The translations under genes and the position numbers were made by a program. The notes under the pieces were generated by a model that ran no database searches, was not told the origin of the DNA, and saw nothing but the letters and a program-made list of their open reading frames with translations. DNA of 64,000 nucleotides from assembly GCA_024137785.1 (NCBI GenBank), contig JAHRHZ010000250.1, positions 1,346,515 to 1,410,514 on the forward strand, in the 5' to 3' direction. Position 1 is the stretch's first letter; the number at the start of each line of letters is the position of its first letter. This DNA comes from Ginglymostoma cirratum. Lineage: Eukaryota. Shown piece by piece: positions 52,700 through 63,163 of the stretch.

Positions 52700-52955
52700 T
52701 TTTTAATTGCACAACCACAAATGTTAATCTTAACTAAACATAATCTGCCGAGTCATTCCAGCTTATACAAGTCCTCTGTTAGGTGGTTGGTTGAATATGC
52801 GAGCTCCCTACTGACTAATCAGAAGCTGAAGTGTGAGTTTGGGAGAATGGATTGGAGAACTGCAGAGCATTTTGTGAGGTTTATGCAATTATTGATGATT
52901 TCAGTGGAAAAAAAGGTATATTTGTTGGCAAAAATCTCAGTGAAATGGAAATCCT
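52700..52955 (+). promoter_or_regulatory. Orphan degenerate promoter cassette with no exon
   Basis: TTTTAATTGCACAAC, CCAGCTT, GGTTGGTTGAAT, CTAATCAGAAGCTGA in cassette order; GACACCATC core absent; followed by block B. Confidence 0.55.
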
Positions 52956-54602
52956 GAATGCACATTATGCACATTCTCATACAGCTAGTTGTTAACGTAT
53001 GAAATGCAATCCAAGAAAATGTGGCAGAAGCAGTTCCAATTGAGGCATTCAAGAGGGCATTAAATTTTTTTAAATAATATTTTGCGCAGTGTAGGGTAAA
53101 TGCAAAAGATCGACATTAGGTAATAGAGCCGCCCCAAATAAAACAGACAGTGCAGACGCAATAAGCTGAATTTTCTCCTTCTGCATTGAAAAAATTCAGT
53201 GATCCTTTGACCTCATGAACGAAATTATTTAACAGAAATTTCAATACACTACAGATAAGACTTGGTTTTGATTTTGAACTCAAAGAATTGATAGCAGTTC
53301 ATCAATAGCATTTTAGAATTTGATTTGTTGCAGAAGACACATCATTTAACCAACACACGGGAGAATTTGATTGATTTAGGAACCGTTACCCAAAGTAGAG
53401 GTGATATTAAATATTTACAGCTGTGGGATTTCTTAAATTACACTAGACTTTTTTTTGCTGCTTCACTATTTAAATATGCTTAACTGAATTTAACATCATG
53501 GTAAATGGCATCCTAGTTTACAGTACATACCTGAACCTCCTACGCTGTTGTCATGGAGAGGGTCCTTAACTTCCACCAGATATTTACATGTTCGACCTCG
53601 TAAGATGCTTACATTCCACGACAGAGTTTGAAGAGCAAAGAGAACACTGCATACTCTTTTCCCAGAACACAATGGATGGGCATTATGAAATATTTCTTGA
53701 ATCCCTAGCGTTTAAAATATTTCTGAATTATATGAGCATACTGCAATTGTGTAAGTACACTTCTCAGTGAGCCAGAATTACGTGGGCAGTGCCTGAGATG
53801 AAAGAAAAATCCAGGTGACACTTTACAATGAGAAAAGTTGTTTGAAAATACATGCGTCTATACCAACCAGGTTTCCTCAACTGAAATGTGCTTGACCAAT
53901 ATTCCTCTAAATCTTTTCTATCCATGTACTTGTGCAGACTGAAAACTATCTAATTTGGAAATTATATTAGAAAATGCATGCATCATCAGTATCAAGAGGT
54001 AAGCAAACTGGAAATGATTATAAATCAAACACTGAAGCAGAAATATAGAAAGTAGCTCCAGAACTAGGCCAATTTTGCACTTTCAAACCTGCTCCACCAT
54101 CCAATACGATCATGACAAATCATCTATCTCATGAAATATGCTTCCTCTTGAAAGCTACAGATGATCATAAAAATGACACACTACTTAACCTGGACCAGAG
54201 TTTAAGAGCTGGGGCGGGAATAATTGGTTCTACATACAATTTTCTACAATAGTTGCTCCAAGGTATTTTTCCCACGATTTTGTATGTGTGTCATGCAGAG
54301 AATGGAAATTATTACAAGTGAAACTGGATAATTCTATGGAGTATGAAAGTGGACTTCAAGGTATAGTAATACCTGTTGTCTCATTACAGAGGAGAATGAT
54401 CAGATAGTTTTGTGCTCCTGGTGTGAGAAATGTCTAAATTGACTAGAAAATGCAATTACAGAAGAACCGCAATGAAGTTTTAAATTAAATAATACTGAAA
54501 TACAAATGAGGCAGTTGGCTCATCTGCACTTTTTTTAATTGTTCCGTCATTTGTAGCACATTGTAACTTTGGGAGCGGGGAGGAATGATACAGCTGAAAG
54601 CA

Positions 54603-54835
54603 TTTTTAATTGTGCAACAGTATTTGCGCTCATTTCAGAACTCCCAGCTTTAAGAAATCAACGATAATTTGATTGGACGAATTTAAACGTGCTGCTCTTC
54701 ACCAATCAGAACTTGAAATGTGGTTCGGGATCCGGACGGCCCCTTCACTACCCAGACACCATCACGTCTGATCAGACACTGAGTCAAATTGGATGGCAAG
54801 CAGCTCGGCAGGAATTCTTCACGAATCGAATGGAC
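54603..54835 (+). promoter_or_regulatory. cPcdh promoter cassette (unit 9)
   Basis: GATTGG, TGCTCTTCACCAATCAG (CCAAT 54702), CCCTTCACTACCCAGACACCATCACGTCTGATCAGAC. Confidence 0.8.
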
Positions 54836-55003
54836 ATTTTAGAGAAAATAGAACAATTAAATGATATAAGCGGAGCGATTCGTGAAACGTCAAGGTATTT
54901 GCTATGTCGCAGTTGTTTTCGATACAAAAAACGACAAAACTATAAAGAGAATAATTAATGCTGCGGGTGCATACTGAAATAAGGGGAATGTGTGACTCTG
55001 GAA

Positions 55004-57472
55004 ATGAGGTATAAAATATTTTGGTTTTTAAAATGCCAATTCTTGTACTGCGTATACTCTTCTTGGAATCGAGTATTTGGAGAGATTCGTTACTCAATTC
55101 CTGAAGAACTGCAACTCGGCGCCTTTGTTGGGAATATCGCTGAGGATCTCAGCTTAGATGTAAAGCAGCTCTCGGCTCGCAATTTACGAATAGTAGCCGG
55201 TCCCAACAGACAATGTGTGGATATAAATTTGGACATTGGCATTTTAATGGTTACGAAAACAATTGACAGAGAAGAGATTTGCGGACTGAGCCTGAGTTGT
55301 GTGCTAAGCTTCAACGTTTTCCTTGAAAACCCTTTAAAGCTGTACCAGGTTGCAGTGGAGATTCTCGATGTAAATGACAATGCTCCTAGTTTCCCAAATA
55401 CACAATTCCGCCTAGAAGTGCCAGAGCGCTCTATTCCTGGAACGCGCTTTCAACTCGAGCCCGCGCACGATCTGGACGTTGGAACCAACTCCGTGCAAAC
55501 CTATGAGCTCCTTCCGAACGATTATTTTATTCTTGATGTACAGATGCGCAGTGGTAATGTAAAATCGCCGGTATTGGTGCTACAGAGTTCCTTGGATAGA
55601 GAAGCAGAAACCAGCCACATATTAACGTTGATAGCCAAGGACGGCGGAATGCCCGTGAGATCGGGCACGGGTCGGGTTTTGATAATTGTAAACGATGCAA
55701 ACGACAATGCTCCTGTCTTCTCCCAGTCAGTTTACAGAGTCAGTCTGTTAGAGAATGCAGCCACAGGAACGCAGGTAATCACACTAAATGCCACTGACTT
55801 GGATGATGGCCCAAATGGAGAGATAAGCTACTCATTTGGTAGCCACACTTCAGCTCGAGTTCGGGAAATGTTTGGGGTGAATTCCAAAACTGGTGAAATT
55901 ATAGTAAAACGGACGTTGGACTATGAACAAACCAGTGTCTTTGAGTTAAACATTCAGGCTACAGACGGAGGTTCTGACGCTATGTCGGGGCACTGTGATG
56001 TTTTGATAAATATTATTGATGTGAATGATAACCCACCTGAGGTGAAGTTGACGTCTTTATCAAGTACAATTTCGGAAAATGTAGCAGTTGGGACTGTAGT
56101 CGCTCTGTTCGCTGCAGCAGATAAAGATTCGGGGAGAAACGGACAGGTACAATGTCATATTTCAAATAAATTGCCATTTAAACTGGATTCTTCTTTAAAG
56201 AATTATTATGGAATACTTGTTCATCATTCACTTGACCGTGAAAATACCTCCATGTATGACGTTACAATAACATGTTCGGATGCAGGAAATCCTCCACTTA
56301 CATCCGAGAAAAACATTCGGGTCGAGGTAACCGATGTGAATGACAACGCGCCACAATTCAGTCAATCTGTGTTTACAGCAAGCCTAATGGAGAATAATGA
56401 TATTGGCGCTTCTATACTTTCCATTACAGCCTTTGATCGTGATGTTGGAGTGAACGCTCAACTGAAATACATTATTATGGAGACTCAAATTCAGAATGCC
56501 TCCGTATTCAATTACATCTCTATTAGCCCGGACACTGGTGTCATATTCGCTCAAAGATCTTTTGACTATGAGCAACTGAAAAATTTTCAGATTCAAGCTC
56601 AGGTCATGGACTTTGGGACGCCATCACTCGCAAGTAATGTTTCAGTGAATGTGATTATCCTGGATCAAAATGACAATGTTCCAGTCATTGTACAGCCAGT
56701 GGCCGAATTTGGGTCAATAGCAGTTGACACAATATCCAGGTTTGCAGAACCAGGCTATTTGGTTGCCAAGGTATCCGCCACTGACGCTGATGCCGGTCAG
56801 AACGCTCGTCTTTCTTATTCCATTTTTCAGGCTACCCAGCATAACCTTTTTACTATTTCACCAGACACTGGGGAAATTTGGACGATCCGTCGTGTCGTTA
56901 CTAACGATGCCTCTCAGCAAAGGTTGGTGATTCTGGTAAAAGATAATGGATCACCATCTCTTTCTGCTTCAGTGACTATTGTCTTAACTGTAATTGGTGA
57001 TGAGGCTGAAATGTTATCCAATGTCAGTGGTTCATCTAAAGACCCCGGGTTTAGTCCTGAACTGAGCCTTTCCTTGGTCATCACATTCGGAAGCATATCT
57101 GCCATTTTTCTCGTGATTTTAATTATTCTCGCTGTGAAGGTTCATAAAAGCAGGAATCCACAGAGCGGTCAGCACTGTTCCCTCGGAGTTTGTTGCTGCA
57201 TTGAAACTGTACATTCTCTGAATGGAATTCAAAAGGCCAGTAGAAACCTTCAGATACCCTCGAATTACGTTGAGGTATTCGGTGGTGACCCACTTTCTCA
57301 GAGTTTCCGTTATGAGTCATGTTCAACATTGCAGTCAACAAGGAGAGACTTCATAACCCCCAACAGATGCAAGTCACCCACGGACAAAATGTATGCCCAG
57401 AATGATTATGTTGGGAAACAGGATCCACAGTTGCTGCCCACTGAGAAGGTCAGCAACACTTTGTACAATGAG
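55004..57472 (+). CDS. Clustered protocadherin variable exon (unit 9), 823 codons
   Basis: Intact ORF from ATG 55004; donor GAG|GTGAGC. Confidence 0.95.
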
Positions 57473-57519
57473 GTGAGCCATTTCGAAAATGGGAATAGGT
57501 TTTTTTTAATTCTTTCAAG

Positions 57520-58075
57520 CAATGTGAGCATCACAGTTTGGCCAGCACTTTTGCACTGTCCTAATTGTCCTGAAGTTGTTTTCCAGTTGCCTTCTTGAAC
57601 TGTGGCGCTGGTGTTTTCACCCTGTATTTAGACAGGGATTCCCAGATTTGACTCCACGACAGTTTTGGAACTATGTTCTACTTTCAGGCCAGGATAGTCT
57701 ATGTCGTGTGAAGTTGTTTTTTATTTGCATATGCTATTCTTGTGCTTCTAGTTACTACTTGTCATGCATTTTCAAGTAATGTCAGAGAGGCCTTCGTGAG
57801 TTACTGCAGTGCATCTTATAGATAGTGCACACTGCTGGCATGGTTCATTGATGGTGAGGGGAGTAGTTATCGAAGATGTTATGTGGTGTGCCAGTCAAAT
57901 GCACAGTTGGTCTTTGTCGGCGTTAAATATCCTGAGTGTTGTTGGAAATGTCTCCCTCCAGGAAAATGGAGCACATTCCATCCATTCCTCATTTTCGCCT
58001 TAAAGTTTTTGAACTGGTCTGGGGAGTCAGAAAGTGAGATTCTTTGCCAGAATTATTAGGCTCTGACCTACTCTT
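57520..58075 (-). mobile_element. Non-LTR LINE 3' fragment, decayed
   Basis: Reverse-complement similarity to 6400-7072. Confidence 0.55.
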
Positions 58076-58082
58076 GGTTGTC

Positions 58083-58300
58083 AGGTATCTCAGCTGGCTG
58101 AATGTCCGGTTTCCAATAAAAAAACAATGCAACCTGTGTTCCATTCCTGCACTGGTTGATGTTCCCATGAAAATATTCTCCTCCTTGACCTCTCCCTCAC
58201 TTAAGGTGTGGTGATTCTTAGGTTGAACCACCACCACTCATTTCTCTGTAATGAGAGAGCACCCTTATGGGTTCAGTAGGACTATGACCAATTTACCTTT
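58083..58300 (+). mobile_element. tRNA-derived SINE, decayed
   Basis: GGTATCTCAGCTGGCTG head, AGGTGTGGTGA...AACCACCACCA body; similar to 40250-40455. Confidence 0.55.
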
Positions 58301-58499
58301 TATCATTTCTGGTCTATTGGTAAATAACAAATGATTGATCCATGGATGTGCAAATTTTTTAGGAAGTACCTCATTTGTAAATGATATGACTGTTTATTTA
58401 ATGTAGATTTAAATATATTTAATTTCCTGTGTAATAATAATTTCTTCTCACATTTCCTGATTTCATGTTGGTATCTCCGGTGATGTGTTTGTTTTGATT

Positions 58500-59040
58500 C
58501 ACCTGTGGGACACGGGCGCTGTTGACTGGCTAGCATTTATTGATTGTCCCTAGTTGCCCTTGAAAAGGTGGTAGCAAGTTGCCTTCTTGAACCACTGCAC
58601 TCCATTTGGTGTACGTTGACCCACATTAGGGTGGAATTCCAGGATTTTGACACAGCATTAGGCAATATGTTTCCATATCAGGATGGTGAGTGGCTTAAAG
58701 AGGCACTTGAAGATAGTGGTGTTCCTGTGTATCTGATGCCCTTATCCTTCTGCATGGAAGTGGTCCTGGATTTGGAAGATGTCATTTAAAGATCTTTGGT
58801 GAATTTCTGCAGCACCTCTTGTCGATAGTACACACTGTGGATGTTGTGCCAATCAACTGGTCTGTGTTGCCCTGGATAGTGTTGCAGAGTTTTTTCAGTG
58901 CTGTTAGGTTTGCACCATCCAGACAAGTGGGAAATGTTCTATTACACTGCTGACTCGTGTATTGTAGATGGTGGTTAAGCTTTGGGGAGGCATGAGCTAT
59001 GTTGCTCGCCATAATATTCTTACCCTCTCATCTATTCTTG
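58500..59040 (-). mobile_element. Non-LTR LINE 3' fragment
   Basis: AGCATTTATT...GTTGCCCTTGAAAAGGTGGT...CTTCTTGAACCACTGCA is the reverse complement of the 3' end at ~6960-7040. Confidence 0.65.
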
Positions 59041-59114
59041 TTTACAATTTGCAACTTACAATCGCCCTGTTATTTGAAGGGTATTATTTAGCAGACGTTT
59101 CAGAAGTGATTTAC

Positions 59115-60060
59115 CAGGATGTTGCCGGGAATGGAGCCTTTGAATTATAAAGAGAGGATGGATAGGCTGGGAGATTTTGTTTTCCACTGGAGCATTGGAG
59201 TTTGAGGGGTGACCTTATCGAGGTTTACAAAATATTGAGGATATGGATTGAGTGAATGGAAGGTGTCTTTTCCCTCGGGTGGGGGATTTCAAGACTATGG
59301 GGCATAGTTTTCAGTGAGAGTAGAAAGATTTTAAAAAGACATGGGGGTGACTTTTTAACACAGCGCGTGTTTTGTGTGCAGAATGAACTTCCGGATGAAA
59401 TTGTGAATGAAGGTATTGTTACAATGTTTAAAAGATGCTTAGACGAGGAGATGAATATGAAACGTCTGGAGGTATATGTGCCAACGAGAGGAAGATGGTA
59501 CTCGTTTAGTTTGCAATAATGGTCAGTGTAGAATGGTTGGATAGAAAGATGTGTATCCGTGCTGTATGACTGTATGAATCTACTGTGATTAAGTGTAATT
59601 CCAGTAAGTTCAAAAGTCATATTTACCTATTGGTCGGTGGTCCACATCATTTTCAGATTCTTTTTAAGTCTATAGTTGCTTACTTATAAGCATTGAAAAT
59701 GTAGACACTACAAAGATCAAAGAACAGCACAGCATCGTAACAAGCCATTTGACCCACCAAGACTGCGCTAACACATGATGCCTTTTGAAACTAAAAACCT
59801 TTTGCCTCTACATGGTCTGTATCCCTCTGTTCCCTAATTATTCACATGCCTATCAAGATGCCTCTTAAGTGTTTTTATTGTGCCTGCCTCCATCAGATTC
59901 TCTGATAGCCCATTCCAGGCATTTACCACCCTCTGCTTAAAAACCTGATTCTCACATCTCCTTTAAACTTGTCCCCTTTTGACTTAAGCCTGTGTTCACT
60001 AGTATTGACAGTTCTTCCCTGGGGAAAATACTCTGGATATCCATTGTATCCATGATTCAT
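59115..60060. mobile_element. Two CR1-type LINE 3' fragments, tail-to-tail
   Basis: Plus copy ~59115-59590 (FLTQRVF..QNELP), minus copy ~59715-60060. Confidence 0.65.
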
Positions 60061-61139
60061 CCATTACCGAAACTCCCTAATCATTTATATATTAACTCTG
60101 TGTAAAGACTCTCAGCTTAGATATAACAACACAAACACAGAGCGTGTTCGCTGACAGCAGGATTGCAGTCCTAACCAAAGGTTACAAAGTAGTTACGTAA
60201 CGTCTCGGTTTGAAATAGATCCAAGCAAAGAAGATTTGAAGTTGCTGAGGGCTCTGACACAAATTCGAGCGAAATCAATGAATCATCTTGATGGTTCTGG
60301 AATGCTCTTGTACATGCAAATAAATTGCCTCATGTCTGTAAAAATACAATTTGCAAGGTTACTTGGAAGTAATTGCTGGTATATTCATTATTTTAAGTCC
60401 TCTCTTCATTACATGGTTGTGTACTAGATAATGCAGTAAACAGTAAATCCCACTATTGCAGACATAGTGAGTAATAATATGAACTGAGGGGCTACAATGT
60501 GTATTTACACACTATTTTGAATGCAAACTCGACCAGGCCTGTTTTCCCATCCACTACACAACCCCGCTCTTCGATTATTCCCAACTTTTATACCGACCCC
60601 ATAGAGAATACAAAGCCAGCCATAATCCATCTTGCATCATACACTGTAATTATATTTAAATAAAATCAAAATGTGTAAGAGAAACGAATCAGATCTGGTT
60701 GCATCTGAGGAGAGAGAAACGAAGTTCATGTTTTGAGTCCAATATGACTGTCCATCAAACGATCCATAAAAACCTAAAACATTTTCCCAGTTCCTCTTTA
60801 TGAAGTTTCTGCCAGACCTACTGAGTTTATCCAGCACATTTGGCTATTAATTCAGATCTCCAGCATCCACAATATTTTACTGTAATCACATTTGGCAATT
60901 ATTTATTCACTTCAAGTGATCCTGTTTTTGAGTAATAAAATGTTGCTACAGTGGATGAATAAATAATAAATAGTAACTGTTGACAAATTGGATGGTTAAA
61001 ATCGGTTGCGAATATTTAAATAGTGAAGCATCAGAAAATTAATGGCTAGTGTAATAAGTAGGGTTCAAAAATGTGCTTAGTAGAAGGGAAAGGTAATCCT
61101 GATCTAATTACTCATTATAAAACATCTCTCAAGTGATTT

Positions 61140-61880
61140 TTCCCAGTATTTATGATGTAGAATTCTGTAAGCTCACAAACATTTGACTAAAAAAATGTTT
61201 CCATATCTCAGTCTTAAATGGTCTACCCTCTATCCTGAGACCGTGACCCCTGGGGTTACACGTCCCAACTAGAGAACTCATCTTCCCTCTACCTGATCTG
61301 TCCAGCTTGTTGGAATTTTATATGCTTCTATCAAATCTCCTCTCATCCCTACACTGCCAGTCGAAATTTCTCATAAACTAATGTCAGCCCAGTGGAACCT
61401 TTTCAACACTCCCTCGATGAGAAGGATATCCTTTCTTCGGGACAGAGACCAAACCTGCATGCTATACTCAAGGTGTAATTTCACCAAACCTTGTTGTCGT
61501 AAGATATTCCTACTTTGGAACGCATATCTTCTTCCAATGAAAGACAATAAACCCCACTGCCTGACTACTTTCATTGGCACACGTGCACAGACACAGGGTC
61601 CTTGCATATATCCACGTCTGGAAGTCTTCTTCCAAACTTCTGATGGCTCAAAATCTCATCAGTTTTGTATCGTCAACAAACGTAGAAATGTTGCATTATA
61701 ATTTGTTCCTTCATCCTGGTCATAAATATTATATACATAATATATACATATGAAACGCTGTGGCTGAAACACCATACCTTGCGGTATGCAAGTTTTCAGT
61801 ATATACCACTGAGAACACAAACGTCTCTTTCATCAATCTCTCTGTTTCATCTCTGTCAACCAAATTTCAATCCATGACAA
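61140..61880 (-). mobile_element. CR1-type LINE fragment
   Basis: ORF 61371-61607(-) LVKLHLEYSMQVWS..RRKDI. Confidence 0.7.
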
Positions 61881-62751
61881 TTTATTAACATGTATCGTAT
61901 GTAGTTTAATTTTGCTTCCTAAACTCATTTCTCTGATATTACCAGGTTGATCATGGAACACCATAAAGGCATTATTTTTTGGAAACCAAAAACGTGTATT
62001 TGGATGCATTTGGAAATAAATCATCTCAAACCCTGACAAATTATTATGCCAACCATTCTTCAAATTCTTTCCATGAGAAATCCTGGAATGTTGCGTGTTG
62101 GACTCGCCAAAAATACATTTCATGCCTTAGAAATTGAACAATGTCCATGTTCTTTGGAGGCCTCTCGTAACTCTATGTTTTCGAACTGCTGATGCAACTA
62201 TTGCATGACTCAGCTTCGAAAACAGAAGTTCACGTGTGTGTTCCTTCATTTTCTTGAAAGCGACAGATAACCTTGAAAATACCACAATATCTATCTTGGA
62301 CCATAGTGTAAGACGTGAGGGAGGAATAACTCAATCTGCGTATAATTCTCCACAATTGTGCATGGCACCAGATTGGAAAGATTTTTTTCCACGGATTAAT
62401 ACATCCATAATACAGTGAATGGAAATTATTACAAGTGACACTGGATAGTAATATGGAATCTGAAAGTGAAATTGAGAATAGTAATGCCTATTTTCACATT
62501 TCTCATCAAAAGGTGAACGATGAAATATTTTTGTGTTCCTGTAGTGAGAAATGCCCAATTTGGCAACAGAATGCAATGACCAAGAACCAGAGCTGAATTA
62601 TAAATTAAACAATACTTACACAGAAATGAGGCATATAACAAATGTTATTTTATTCTTATTTCTCCTGTCATGTGTAGTATGTTGTCATTGCTTTCCAGAT
62701 GTAACTTTGATACACGGGAGAAACAATACAGTTCATTACATCTTAAAATAT

Positions 62752-62995
62752 TTTTTAGTGTGCAACAATAAATCTGGACAATTGCACTCACTGCAGAACT
62801 CCCAGCTTTAAGAAGCCAACGGTAATTTGATTGGTCAAATTTAAATGTGCTGCTCTTCACCAATCAGAACTTAAGATGTGGTTGGGGATCCGGACAGCCC
62901 CTTCACTACCCAGACACCATCACGTCCGATCACGCACAGAGATAAAATTGGATTGCAAGCGGCTCGTTCGGAATTGTTCACGAATCCACTCGACA
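62752..62995 (+). promoter_or_regulatory. cPcdh promoter cassette (unit 10)
   Basis: GATTGG, TGCTCTTCACCAATCAG (CCAAT 62860), GGATCCGGACAGCCCCTTCACTACCCAGACACCATCACGTCCGATCA. Confidence 0.8.
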
Positions 62996-63163
62996 TTGAG
63001 AAAAAATAGAAGACTTAAATGGTAGAATCCTAGCGATTCGTGAAATGTTCAGGTATTTACTACGGCGCAGTATCTTTCGAAATAAAAGCATTGATACAAC
63101 TATAAAGAGAATAATTAATGCTGCGGGTACATGCTGAAATAAAGGTAATGTTTGACTCTGGAA

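Noticed and set aside
700-62995. CRISPR-like or recombination-cassette reading of the repeated ~50 bp core
   Set aside because: Copies are kilobases apart, each at a fixed distance upstream of an exon; no cas genes or heptamer-nonamer signals recognised
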